A stretch of DNA of 64,000 nt from Macrostomum lignano (taxonomy: Eukaryota). Each line of letters opens with the position of its first letter. The first letter of the stretch is position 1. A program made the translations under genes and the position numbers. This document shows positions 23,420-36,200 of the stretch, in pieces. The stretch is from NCBI GenBank assembly GCA_002269645.1, contig NIVC01000765.1:63331-127330 (forward strand), written 5' to 3'. The notes beneath the pieces are model-generated. The model was not told the DNA's origin. It was given only the letters and a program-made list of their open reading frames with translations, and made no database searches.

Positions 23420-23950
23420 ATATGGGTGAGATTCGGAACCAATTATCTCATGTGTGAGATTTGGAACTAATTATCTCATCTCATGGGTGATATTCGGAAT
23501 CAATCATCTCATGGGTGATATTCGGAACCAAATCATCTCATAGGTGATATTCGGAACCAATCATCTCATCTCATGGGTGATATTCGGAACCAAATCATCT
23601 CATAGGTGATATTCGGAACCAATCATCTCATCTCATGGGTGATATTCGGAACCAAATCATCTCATAGGTGATATTCGGAACCAATCATCTCATGGGTGAG
23701 ATTCGGAACCAATTATCTCATCTCATGGGTGAGATTCGGAACCAATTATCTCATCTCATGGGTGATATTCGGAACCAAATCATCTCATAGGTGATATTCG
23801 GAACCAAATCATCTCATAGGTGATATTCGGAACCAAATCATCTCATAGGTGATATTCGGAACCAATCATCTCACCTCATACATGTAGGTGACATTCGGAA
23901 CTATATTAAATCATCTCATCACATAGGTGACATTCTGAAATAATTATCTC
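23420..23950. repeat. ~29-34-bp minisatellite (GGTGATATTCGGAACCAAATCATCTCATA)
   Basis: Direct inspection. Confidence 0.9.
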
Positions 23951-24162
23951 ATCTCTTGGAATTTCGTCCGTGGCAGTACTACAGTTGGATTGCGAACAGC
24001 TATAAATTGGATTTCAAAGTCCGTTCATCCTCTTGCTATTGGTGCCAACACCCGATTGGCTGATCGAACCCCGTTCCGGTGCGGAAACTTCAGACAAACT
24101 TCCCATCTCCGAGCTTCTTCTATAAGTCGGCAGTTCCCCAGCTATTCCGTTAAAATTCCGAA

Positions 24163-25350
24163 ATGTCGAAATCAAGCAAGTCGCTAAGTGCCAAGGCGAA
24201 GCAGCAGCAGCAGCTTCAGCAGGAGGACCGCGGCTCCACCTCCACGGGCACCGAGGATGACGAAGGAGAGGATGGCAATGAAGGTCGCCGTCAGAAGTCG
24301 GAGTCCCGCAAGCGGCTGCAGCGGTCGTTTTCGCTGGTTCCGGAGCGACTTGCCGTCGGCGGCAAAGGAGGTGGCGGCAGCGGCGGCGGGCTGTTCAGGA
24401 AGTCCGCCAGCCGGATGCAGCTGTGCGAGGCCGTCCTGCAGGTGCTCATCGTTGGCCTGGTGGTGGCAACCTTCCCGTTCTCGCTGCTGCTGTGCCTGAA
24501 GGTGGTGGCCCAGTACGAGCGGGCGGTGATCTTCCGTCTGGGCCGCATCCGCAGCTCCGAGGCCAGCGGGCCCGGCATGATCTTCCTGCTGCCCGGCATC
24601 GACTCCATGAAGCTGGTGGACCTGCGCACCATGACATTCGACGTGCCCACCCAGGAGGTGCTGACTAAAGACTCTGTGACCGTGGCGGTTGAGGCCGTGG
24701 TGTACTACAGGATCTTCGACCCGGTCATGTCGGTTGTCAACGTCGAGGACTGCAGCCGCTCCACGAAGCTGCTCGCCCAGACAACACTGCGCAACGTCCT
24801 TGGCACGGCCAGTCTCTACCAGCTGCTGGCCGGCCGGGACGAATCCACCCTGCTGATGCAGGAGACTCTGGACGCCGCCACCGACACATGGGGCGTCAAG
24901 GTGGAGCGAGTGGAGATCAAGGATGTCCGCCTGCCGACTCAGCTGCAGCGGGCGATGGCCGCCGAGGCGGAGGCGGCCCGCGAGGCCCGGGCGAAGGTGA
25001 TCGCGGCCGAGGGCGAGCAGAAGGCCAGCAAAGCGTTGAAGGCGGCCGCCATCGAGCTGTCCGAGTGCGGAGTCGCCCTGCAGCTGCGCTACCTGCAGAC
25101 TCTGTGCAGCATCTCGGCTGAGAAGAACTCAACAATCATCTTCCCGCTGCCCATCGAGATGCTGCAGATGTTCCAGACCGAGCAGCAGCAGCCGCCGCCG
25201 CAGTCCACCGATGATTCTGACGCCACGGCACCGACTTCCTGTGCCAGGCCGGTGATCACCACCAGCCGGAAGTCGACGACGCATCCGCAGACCCAGCAGC
25301 AGATGGGAGCTGCTTCCGGTGCGAGCAGCAGCTTGGAGTCCGGCTGCTGA
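24163..25350 (+). CDS. Stomatin / band 7 (SPFH) protein, mec-2-like, single exon
   Basis: Intact 395-aa ORF with hydrophobic hairpin (..VATFPFSLLLCLKVV), YERAVIFRLGR, DVPTQEVLTKDSVTV, and coiled coil AMAAEAEAAREARAKVIAAEGE. Confidence 0.93.
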   Translation: MSKSSKSLSAKAKQQQQLQQEDRGSTSTGTEDDEGEDGNEGRRQKSESRKRLQRSFSLVPERLAVGGKGGGGSGGGLFRKSASRMQLCEAVLQVLIVGLVVATFPFSLLLCLKVVAQYERAVIFRLGRIRSSEASGPGMIFLLPGIDSMKLVDLRTMTFDVPTQEVLTKDSVTVAVEAVVYYRIFDPVMSVVNVEDCSRSTKLLAQTTLRNVLGTASLYQLLAGRDESTLLMQETLDAATDTWGVKVERVEIKDVRLPTQLQRAMAAEAEAAREARAKVIAAEGEQKASKALKAAAIELSECGVALQLRYLQTLCSISAEKNSTIIFPLPIEMLQMFQTEQQQPPPQSTDDSDATAPTSCARPVITTSRKSTTHPQTQQQMGAASGASSSLESGC

Positions 25351-25494
25351 TTGAAGGCTTTGAAGTGGGCTGACTGGGCTGCTTGACGGCCGTAGCAACT
25401 ATGATGCAGACTTGCGGGTCCTGTTTGTGTTTTGAGCAAAATTTCACTGGGTCTGTGAGACGGTAGTTGTCACCCTCCTGTTAAACACGAGTGG

Positions 25495-26412
25495 CCCCTG
25501 TTAGACAGGAATGTCACCTGTTAGACAGGAATGTCACCTGTTAGACAGGAATGTCACCTGTTAGACAGGGATGTCACCTGTTAGACAGGAATGTCACCTG
25601 TTAGACAGGAGTGGCACCTGTTAGACAGGAATGTCACCTGTTAGACAGGAATGTCACCTGTTAGACAGGAATGTCACCTGTTAGACAGGAATGTCACCTG
25701 TTAGACAGGGATGTCACCTGTTAGACAGGAATGTCACCTGTTAGACAGGAATGTCACCTGTTAGACAGGAATGTCACCTGTTAGACAGGAATGTCACCTG
25801 TTAGACAGGAATGTCACCTGTTAGACAGGAATGTCACCTGTTAGACAGGAATGTCACCTGTTAGACAGGGATGTCACCTGTTAGACAGGAATGTCACCTG
25901 TTAGACAGGAATGTCACCTGTTAGACAGGAATGTCACCTGTTAGACAGGGATGTCACCTGTTAGACAGGAATGTCACCTGTTAGACAGGAGTGGCACCTG
26001 TTAGATAGGATTGCACCACCTGTTAGACCGGATGGCACCTGTTAGATAGGATTGCACCACCTGTTAGACCGGATGGCACCTGTTAGATAGGATTGTGCCA
26101 CCTGTTAGACAGGAGTGGCACCTGTTAGATAGGGGTGGCACCTGTTAGACAAGAGTGAAACCTGTTAGACAGGGGTGGCACCTGTTAGACAGGGGTAGCA
26201 CCTGTTAGAGAGGAATGTCACCTGTTGGACAAGATTGGAACCTGTTACACAGGGGTGACACCTGTTAGACAGGGGTAGCACCTGTTAGACAGGATTGTGG
26301 CACCTGTTAGACAGGAATGTCACCTGTTGGACAAGATTGGAACCTGTTAGACAGGGGTGGCACCTGTTAGACAGGGGTGACACCCGTTAGACAGGGGTAG
26401 CACTGGTTACAC
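25495..26412. repeat. 20-bp minisatellite (CACCTGTTAGACAGGAATGT)
   Basis: Homogeneous to about 25990, diverged afterwards. Confidence 0.95.
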
Positions 26413-26749
26413 AGGTTTCTTTCTTAATTCTCATATGCAACTGCGCTCTAATAATAATCTATATTTATAGTAAAAGGAAATATAATGAACCGCTTGGCAA
26501 TGCAAACTGTTTAAGATTGACATGTACTTTATTCAAATCCTTCAACCGTGCTTTTAGCTTGGTCACGAATTTCATATCGTTCACCTATTAATTAATCAAT
26601 CAATCAATCAACAATAATGGATTTCCACCACTCAGAGATCAGTTGCTGCTCGGCTGTCCCCCACCGTCTGCTTAAGAAGCAGGCAGGGAAAAAACTTTAA
26701 GATAAAATCTTGATTGAAATTTTTATAATCCGCGTCTGCTCTGACTGTC

Positions 26750-27790
26750 ACTCTCCCGCTCACTGTCACTCTCCCGCTCACTGTCACTCTCCCGCTCTCT
26801 GTCACTCTCCCGCTCACTGTCACTCTCCCGCTCACTGTCACTCTCCCGCTCACTGTCACTCTCCCGCTCTCTGTCACTCTCTACTCACTGTCACTCTCCC
26901 GCTCACTGTCACTCTCTACTCACTGTCACTCTCTACTCACTGTCACTCTCCCGCTCACTGTCACTCTCTACTCACTGTCACTCTCTACTCACTGTCACTC
27001 TCTACTTACTGTCACTCTCTACTCACTGTCACTCTCTACTTACTGTCACTCTCTACTCACTGTCACTCTCCCGCTCACTGTCACTCTCCCGCTCACTGTC
27101 ACTCTTCCGCTCACTGTCACTCTCCCGCTCACTGTCACTCTCCCGCTCACTGTCACTCTCCCGCTCTCTGTCACTCTCTACTCACTGTCACTCTCCCGCT
27201 CACTGTCACTCTCTACTTACTGTCACTCTCTACTCACTGTCACTCTCTACTTACTGTCACTCTCTACTCACTGTCACTCTCTACTCACTGTCACTCCACG
27301 CACTGTCACCCCACGCACTGTCACTCCACTCACTGTCACTCCACTCACTGTCACTCCACTCACTGTCACTCCACTCACTGTCACTCCACTCACTGTCACT
27401 CCACTCACTGTCACTCCACGCACTGTCACTCCACTCACTGTCACTCCACTCACTGTCACTCCACTCACTGTCACTCCACTCACTGTCACTCCACTCACTG
27501 TCACTCCACTCACTGTCACTCCACTCACTGTCACTCCACTCACTGTCACTCCACTCACTGTCACTCCACTCACTGTCACTCCACTCACTGTCACTCCACT
27601 CACTGTCACTCCACTCACTGTCACTCCACTCACTGTCACTCCACTCACTGTCACTCCACTCACTGTCACTCCACTCACTGTCACTCCACTCACTGTCACT
27701 CCACTCACTGTCACTCCACTCACTGTCACTCCACTCACTGTCACTCCACTCACTGTCACTCACTCACTGTCACTCTCTGTACTCACTATC
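26750..27790. repeat. 18-bp/15-bp minisatellite (CACTGTCACTCTCCCGCT to CACTGTCACTCCACT)
   Basis: Direct inspection. Confidence 0.95.
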
Positions 27791-28569
27791 ACTGCGCATT
27801 TTCCTCAACTCCCACAGGATCCCCCAGTCAACAAAAATCTGTCGCCTTGAGATTGGCGGGAGAAAAGGGGATTTTTACGATCGCCTCAATCCTCGATCGC
27901 CTCGATCAATTTTCCAGCTAGAGAGGAGAGGAGGCGTGAAAAGCGTTGAAAAAAGGCACTTGCTCTTTTTCTGTCTAAGTGGCGTTTTTTATTTCCTTCC
28001 ACCTCTGCTCACAGCTTCTCAGTCCGGCCACTCACAGCCCCTTAGAATTATTTATGACAACCTGCAACGAGGAGTTGGGAGGGGATGAGGCGCCCTGAGG
28101 CTGGTACGGCGCTGCAAGGCCAAGCCTGACATTTGCGGGCGGCCCGATGATGGAGGAACTTGAAGTCTGCGCAATCATATGGATGCTGGGGGCTGGATGC
28201 GTACACTTGAGTTAAGAGTTAATCTCTCAGGCTAATCTCACACTCCTGGCGATTGTGTGTGTGTGCTCTGACACAGCTCAAGTTAATGCCAGTCTCTGCA
28301 GCAGTACTGTGGATGGAGAGAAACAGTCAATTGAGTGACTATACTCAAACACTCACATACAGACTGGGATTGCTGATAAAGCTGATTATATAGGTAGTTA
28401 CAGTTCTGCTTGGGCTTGAGAAAATTCAACAAAATCGGCTGTAGTTATTTAACAACTCGATAAAATGTTCGATTTAAAGTAGTAGCTAAACCGATGGTCT
28501 TAATGTCTAACAGGAAAGTTAAAAATCGATTCTCTTTCTTAGAAAGCGGCAGTTAAAAATCGGGTTTCT

Positions 28570-28705
28570 TTCTTAAACACAAGTAATAAAAAACCTTGTC
28601 CCTTTCTTAGAAACTGGTGATTAAAACTTTGTCTCTTTCTTAGAAACTGGTGATTAAAACCTTGTCCCTTTCTTAGAAACTGGTGATTAAACTGGTGATT
28701 AAACA
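28570..28705. repeat. Short repeat (TTTCTTAGAAACTGGTGATTAAAAC)
   Basis: 3-4 copies. Confidence 0.7.
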
Positions 28706-29023
28706 GGTTAGTCCGATAATAAAACCTCGAATTTTTCTGTTCTACTTTTACTTTTTTATTCATTCAAACCGGATTTCATGCTGAAACTACAGCGTAAAGT
28801 TAAAGCAAAAATACATGGACATAATATTAAAGGAAACAAGTGGCATTTTCTATTATTATAATCTATCTATTATAATCTCAAATTGCGGTCTCTAAAGTTG
28901 TCAATAATTTCTGGTTTCTTTATTCAGATAAAATCTGGACAAAACTCAAAAAAAATCAGGTAGCACGAGATCCACAAAATCCGTCTCGATCAGTTTTTTT
29001 ATGACACCACGAGCAGATGTGCA

Positions 29024-29329
29024 ACCGACAGCTCAGCCGCAGCTACTGCGCGGCGCATCTGAAGACTGCGTACGGCTGTTCAGTCCAAGGACTGGGGGTC
29101 GCCACACACACCCTCAATTACCCCAGCTAATGCTGGCACCCATTTTACAGCTGGGTGAACTGAAGCAATGCAGTGAGTTAAGTGTTCTGCTAAAGGACAC
29201 AAATTGTTCCAGTGGGATCGGGAATCGAACCCCCGGCCTTTCAGTCGTGAGTCAGTCGCTCTAACCCGGGAGATTGTGCTTCTCTGGCCGGTTGTCGCTG
29301 TCGCATAAGCTCCACTAGGCTACAACCCC
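29024..29329 (-). mobile_element. tRNA-derived SINE with CORE-like domain, copy 1
   Basis: Minus strand: GGGTTGTAGCCTAGTGG..TTAGAGCG (A box, split by a ~45-bp insert), GGTTCGATTCC (B box), then ACACTTAACTCACTGCATTGCTTCAGTTCACCCAGCTGTAAAATGGG, which resembles the CORE/MIR core. Confidence 0.7.
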
Positions 29330-29774
29330 ATTTTATCAGTAAAACAGGCCAAAATGCTTGTCTCAATCGATTCCCGCAGTCCCGATTCCCAGATCCCGTC
29401 CAAAGATGGATAAAATGGTAGCCAATATTATTGGCACTTATAGGGCTCAAATTCCACCACCATCAAGACAAAACGCCTCCCACTCGATTTGTTAAATGTA
29501 TTTTTCGATACATATCGGATCGGCAATATCTTTGTTTAGAAAAAGTTATATCGCTTTAACAAGGCCGGCCGATCTCGGCCAAGTGGCAGTGATGGAGCGG
29601 ATTTTCTCTCCCTCACCCCAGCGCAAAAGATTCTGGCTTAATTTTCGATTTTTTTCTCACAGTCTTCCCTTTCTCCAATCTGTCTCGCTCTGAAGTCCGC
29701 CGGCTTTCCTGGGCCGGTTCTTGGTTTTCGATTTTTACCGAATTTTCGAACATTTCCAATTCTATTGGGCTTAT

Positions 29775-30440
29775 CCATCTCTATCCACCTCTATCCACCA
29801 CTATCCACTTCTATCCGTCTCTATCCATCTCTATCTACCTCTATCCACTTCTATCCGTCTCTATCCATCTCTATCTACCTCTATCCACTCCTATCCATCT
29901 CTATCTACCTCTATCCACTCCTATCCGTCTCTATCCGTCTCTATCCACCTATCTATCTATGTCTATCAGACTCTATACACTTCTCTATCCATCTCTATCT
30001 ACCTCTATCCACTCCTACCCGTCTCTATCCGTCTCTATCTACCTCTATCCACTCCTATCCGTCTCTATCCGTCTCTATCCACCTATCTATCTATGTCTAG
30101 CAGACTCTATACACTTCTCTATCCATCTCTATCCATCTCTATCTACCTCTATCCACTTCTATCCGTCTCTATCCATCTCTATCCACCTCTATCCACTTCT
30201 ATCCGTCTCTATCCATCTCTATCCACCTCTATCCACTTCTATCCGTCTCTATCCATCTCTATCCACCTCTATCCACTTCTATCCGTCTCTATCCACTTCT
30301 ATCCGTCTCTATCCACTTCTATCCGTCTCTATCCACTTCTATCCGTCTCTATCCACTTCTATCCGTCTCTATCCACCTATCTATCTATGTCTATCAGACT
30401 CTATACTAGAGTCAGACTCTATCCGTCTTTATCGGTCTCT
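29775..30440. repeat. 10-bp minisatellite (CTATCCRYYT)
   Basis: Direct inspection. Confidence 0.92.
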
Positions 30441-31374
30441 ATCAGCCATTTTCTATCTCTAACCAGTACATCCATATCTATAATTATCCATTGATATCTA
30501 TATCTGTAGCAGTATCTAAGTGCATCTCTCCTTCTCTGTGTACCTCTATCTGTCTGTATCGCACTTATTCCAATCAATAATATCCATATTGATTGACCTC
30601 TATCACTATAAGCAACCTCTTTTTAGCTCTTTGATGCTGCAGTGAGTGCGTACACACTGCTTGATTAGAAAGCCAGCAAGCTTTAAAAATTGTCTCCAGC
30701 TGCCGGTCCTTGCGCCTCATCCTCTGCTGACAGCTGTTAAACCTTTACCGGGCAAATGTTTACCAACTGGAACTCTGCACCTACGCGTATTTGCGGGCCA
30801 GATGCCTTCTTCGTTTCGCCATGGACAGCGATGTCTTGGGCAGGGGGGCGATCTGGAATGGAACAATAGGAAACATTATACTAACTATTTGATTATATTT
30901 TCCAGAATCTCAGTACGTGTTGTTTTTTTGTGCAGGCTGGACTTTTTATTGTTGTTGCACTGTTCCAAGAATTTTGTATGAGTCACGGCGGCGATCAGTG
31001 CAGTTCCGCAGTGTCTGTGCAGTCCTGGGCGCGCCATGCACAGATCCTGGCTTTTTTTGCTGCGGCACTAAGGTCTGGCATAGCTGTAGCCTCTTGTGTG
31101 TGCGGTCTGCAGGGGATAAAATCTCCTAACTCCAAGTCCGAAGCTGAAATCCGCTGCGCTTAGATAAGCAAGCGGGTTGGCTTAGTTACCAAGGTGGAAG
31201 GTGGCCTGCTAGCGAATAACTCCGGCCACTGTCCGAGGGACCGCAGAGGTGCGCTGGGGGGGACCGAGGAGAACTGAAAAGTGAATCCTGCTACTGCTTT
31301 ACCAAATCCATGTTTTCATTTTTCAAGACACTAAAAAGTTAATTGCAAAGAGTTTTCACGCAGTTTGCACACAG

Positions 31375-31828
31375 TATGGCAATCTGTCTGTCTATAGCAA
31401 TCTGTCTGTCTATAGCAATCTGTCTGTCCATAGCAATCTGTCTGTCTATGGCAATCTGTCTGTCTATAGCAATCTGTCTGTCTATGGCAATCTGTCTGTC
31501 TATGGCAATCTGTCTGTCTATGGCAATCTGTCTGTCTATGGCAATCTGTCTGTCTATGGCAATCTGTCTGTCTATAGCAATCTGTCTGTCTATAGCAATC
31601 TGTCTGTCCATAGCAATCTGTCTGTCTATGGCAATCTGTCTGTCTATGGCAATCTGTCTGTCTATGGCAATTTGTCTGTCTATGGCAATTTGTCTGTCTA
31701 TGGCAATCTGTCTGTCTATGGCAATCTCTCTGTCTATTGCAGTCTGTCTGTCTATGGCAATCTGTCCGTCTATGGCAATCTGTCCGTCTATGGCAATCTG
31801 TCTGTCTATGGCGATCTGTCTGTCTATG
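31375..31828. repeat. 18-bp minisatellite (ATGGCAATCTGTCTGTCT)
   Basis: Direct inspection. Confidence 0.95.
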
Positions 31829-32255
31829 GTCTTTGCTAATCCAGACGATGGCTCAGATTCTCCTTGGCTCGCACATCCTGCCCCTCAGCTAGAAATAATA
31901 ACAGCAAAAAGTGCTGCATCAGGGTGCCACAGCTTGTAGGGGTCCCAGCTTCCTGCATCATCGCTGCTCCACCCTCAATCTGTGTTGCTAGGATGGTTAT
32001 GTTGCCACTGAATTTGGTCCCTGATTTTCCTACCTGCATTTGCGGATAGCTGTTCCAGTTCTTTAGCCAAGTGGGGGGATTATTGCAGGAAAAACCTAGG
32101 GATTTGGGCTTCGGATGCCTTTTTCCTTCCAATGATGAAGGAAATGGAAGCTGTTTCATCTCCTCATTAACTCTCCGTGTCTCTGCTGTCGTCTTTTGCC
32201 TCTGGTACTGTTCCAGTCATGTTGACTTTCGAGTAGTGTAAACTTCTTCAACTGG

Positions 32256-32394
32256 GTGAGTGAGTGAGTGAGTGAGTGAGTGAGTGAGTGAGTGAGTGAG
32301 TGAGTGAGTGAGTGAGTGAGTGAGTGAGTGAGTGAGTGAGTGAGTGAGTGAGTGAGTGAGTGAGTGAGTGAGTGAGTGAGTGAGTGAGTGAGTG
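32256..32394. repeat. (GAGT)n microsatellite
   Basis: Perfect run. Confidence 0.97.
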
Positions 32395-33237
32395 AACCTG
32401 TGACTTATACCCAACTGTAATCAGTTGTTAAAATTTGTGCTAATCAACTCCATAGTCGTATTGAAACTATGGGATAGATGAAGCAAAATCAATCATTCTG
32501 CCAGGGACCAATTTGGACTACCGGAAGCATTCTGTTCTTAACCTCCCTGATGGAGCCTGATTGATTGATTGATCAAATCAACTTTAGCTATAGGAGAGAG
32601 TGAGATACAGTGGTTCAACCGTCTGCTTCAGCTGGGTTTTTCAGCTTCTTCTAAAAGCAGACTTACGCCGCTGCATCAGGATGTGCCCCGGCAGCTGACC
32701 CGTCCGTTCCGAACAAAATGACACGAGAGAGAGCGTTGCAAAAGGAAAAATTAAGGATTTTTTTAGTTAAAAGCGCATGGAATACTGCTGCATATTTTTA
32801 GGTTAATCATCGCTTATTGCAGATTTCCAATCCAGATTGCTAGGCCTAGAAGTCCATGGGTTTTGTTGTTGAACTGGCGCGTGCAGCTGTTCGGTTCAAT
32901 ATAACTAGGAATCCGAACTGGGAGGGGAAAGCCAGTTTCTATTCATTGGCGCTGATTTTGCTGCTTCTACTAGCGCTAAAGCTAGTTGATTGCGTCTGAT
33001 CTCTGATCTCTGATGCCAGCTATGCTGTTAGCTGGTGCCAATTCCTGGCCTCCTCATCGCCAGAAACCAGCCTTATCTAAGCACTCTATCTCTTCTACTT
33101 CAGCGAAGTACTACTGTAAATGAAACAGTGTAGACTGGGTTTTTGATTATGCACCATCATTGGGTTGAACTTAAGTGGGCAGATCTTTAGTGCAGTGTGT
33201 GTGTACATTGCCTGATAATAAGAGAATCAGGGCCGCT

Positions 33238-36200
33238 GTGAGACAGGGGCGCCCACCAAGAGACAGGGGCGCCGACCTAGAGACAGGGGCGCCGACAACC
33301 AAGAGACAGGGGCGCCGACCACCAAGAGACAGGGGCGCCCACCAAGAGACAGGGGCGCCGACCACCAAGAGACAGGGGCGCCCAGCAAGAGACAGGGGCG
33401 CCCACCAAGAGACAGGGGCGCCCAGCAAGAGACAGGGGCGCCCACCAAGAGACAGGGGCGCCCACCAAAAGACAGGGGCGCCCACCAAGAGACAGGGGCG
33501 CCCACCAAGAGACAGGGGCGCCCAGCAAGAGACAGGGGCGCCGACCACCAAGAGACAGGGGCGCCCACCAAGAGACAGGGGCGCCCAGCAAGAGACAGGG
33601 GCGCCCACCAAGAGACAGGGGCGCCCACCAAGAGACAGGGGCGCCCACCAAGAGACAGGGGTGCCCACCAAGAGACAGGGGCGCCGACCAAGAGACAGGG
33701 GCGCCGACAACCAAGAGACAGGGGCGCCGACCACCAAGAGACAGGGGCGCCCACCAAGAGACCGGGGCGCCGACCACCAAGAGACAGGGGCGCCCAGCAA
33801 GAGACAGGGGCGCCCACCAAGAGACAGGGGCGCCCAGCAAGAGACAGGGGCGCCCAGCAAGAGACAGGGGCGCCCACCAAGAGACAGGGGCGCCCACCAA
33901 GAGACAGGGGCGCCGACCAAGAGACAGGGGCGCCGACAACCAAGAGACAGGGGCGCCGACCACCAAGAGACAGGGGCGCCCACCAAGAGACCGGGGCGCC
34001 GACCACCAAGAGACAGGGGCGCCCAGCAAGAGACAGGGGCGCCGACCACCAAGAGACAGGGGCGCCCAGCAAGAGACAGGGGCGCCCAGCAAGAGACAGG
34101 GGCGCCCACCAAGAGACAGGGGCGCCCACCAAGAGACAGGGGCGCCCACCAAGAGACAGGGGCGCCCACCAAGAGACAGGGGCGCCCACCAAGAGACAGG
34201 GGCGCCCACCAACAGACAGGGGCGCCCACCAAGAGACAGGGGCGCCCACCAAGAGACAGGGGCGCCCAGCAAGAGACAGGGGCGCCCACCAAGAGACAGG
34301 GGCGCCCACCAAGAGACAGGGGCGCCCACCAAGAGACAGGGGCGCCCACCAAAGAGACAGGGAGCGCCCACCAAGAGACAGGGGCGCCCACCAAGAGACA
34401 GGGGCGCCCACCAAGAGACAGGGGTGCCCACCAAGAGACAGGGGCGCCCACCAAGAGACAGGGGCGCCCACCAAGAGACAGGGGCGCCCACCAAGAGACA
34501 GGGGCGCCCACCAAGAGACAGGGGCGCCCAGCAAGAGACAGGGGCGCCCACCAAGAGACAGGGGCGCCCAGCAAGAGACAGGGGCGCCCACCAAGAGACA
34601 GGGGCGCCCACCAAGAGACAGGGGCGCCCACCAAGAGACAGGGGTGCCCACCAACAGACAGGGGCGCCCACCAAGAGACAGGGGCGCCCACCAAGAGACA
34701 GGGGCGCCCAGCAAGAGACAGGGGCGCCCACCAAGAGACAGGGGCGCCCACCAAGAGACAGGGGCGCCCACCAAGAGACAGGGGCGCCCACCAAGAGACA
34801 GGGGCGCCCACCAAGAGACAGGGGCGCCCACCAAGAGACAGGGGCGCCCACCAAGAGACAGGGGTGCCCACCAAGAGACAGGGGCGCCCACCAAGAGACA
34901 GGGGCGCCCACCAAGAGACAGGGGCGCCCACCAAGAGACAGGGGCGCCCACCAAGAGACAGGGGCGCCCAGCAAGAGACAGGGGCGCCCACCAAGAGACA
35001 GGGGCGCCCACCAAGAGACAGGGGCGCCGACCACCAAGAGACAGGGGCGCCCAGCAAGAGACAGGGGCGCCCACCAAGAGACAGGGGCGCCCAGCAAGAG
35101 ACAGGGGCGCCCACCAAGAGACAGGGGCGCCCACCAAGAGACAGGGGCGCCCACCAAGAGACAGGGGCGCCCACCAAGAGACAGGGGCGCCCAGCAAGAG
35201 ACAGGGGCGCCGACCACCAAGAGACAGGGGCGCCCACCAAGAGACAGGGGCGCCCAGCAAGAGACAGGGGCGCCCACCAAGAGACAGGGGCGCCCACCAA
35301 GAGACAGGGGCGCCCACCAAGAGACAGGGGCGCCCACCAAGAGACAGGGGCGCCGACCAAGAGACAGGGGCGCCGACAACCAAGAGACAGGGGCGCCGAC
35401 CACCAAGAGACAGGGGCGCCCACCAAGAGACCGGGGCGCCGACCACCAAGAGACAGGGGCGCCCAGCAAGAGACAGGGGCGCCCACCAAGAGACAGGGGC
35501 GCCGACCAAGAGACAGGGGCGCCGACAACCAAGAGACAGGGGCGCCGACCACCAAGAGACAGGGGCGCCCAGCAAGAGACAGGGGCGCCCACCAAGAGAC
35601 AGGGGCGCCCAGCAAGAGACAGGGGCGCCCAGCAAGAGACAGGGGCGCCCACCAAGAGACAGGGGCGCCCACCAAGAGACAGGGGCGCCGACCAAGAGAC
35701 AGGGGCGCCGAAACCAAGAGACAGGGGCGCCGACCACCAAGAGACAGGGGCGCCCACCAAGAGACCGGGGCGCCGACCACCAAGAGACAGGGGCGCCCAG
35801 CAAGAGACAGGGGCGCCGACCACCAAGAGACAGGGGCGCCCAGCAAGAGACAGGGGCGCCCAGCAAGAGACAGGGGCGCCCACCAAGAGACAGGGGCGCC
35901 CACCAAGAGACAGGGGCGCCCACCAAGAGACAGGGGCGCCCACCAAGAGACAGGGGCGCCCACCAAGAGACAGGGGCGCCCACCAAGAGACAGGGGCGCC
36001 CACCAAGAGACAGGGGCGCCCACCAAGAGACAGGGGCGCCCACCAAGAGACAGGGGCGCCCACCAAGAGACAGGGGCGCCCACCAAGAGACAGGGGCGCC
36101 CAGCAAGAGACAGGGGTGCCCACCAAGAGACAGGGGCGCCCAGCAAGAGACAGGGGCGCCCACCAAGAGACAGGGGCGCCCACCAAGAGACAGGGGCGCC

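Noticed and set aside
20325-23950. CRISPR-like appearance of 23-34-bp repeats
   Set aside because: Head-to-tail units with no unique spacers, no cas genes, and a eukaryotic context.
26452-26480. Helitron-like 5' end (TCTATATTTATAG; similar words at ~28860 and ~59608)
   Set aside because: No matching 3' hairpin/CTAG end or shared body identified.
28060-28215. GC-rich island that could be a minus-strand exon (similar at 37270-37390)
   Set aside because: No family resemblance and no linkable splice phases.
29200-29330. tRNA gene (also at 39850-39892 and 60960-61030)
   Set aside because: A and B boxes are present, but there is no complete cloverleaf and SINE body follows.
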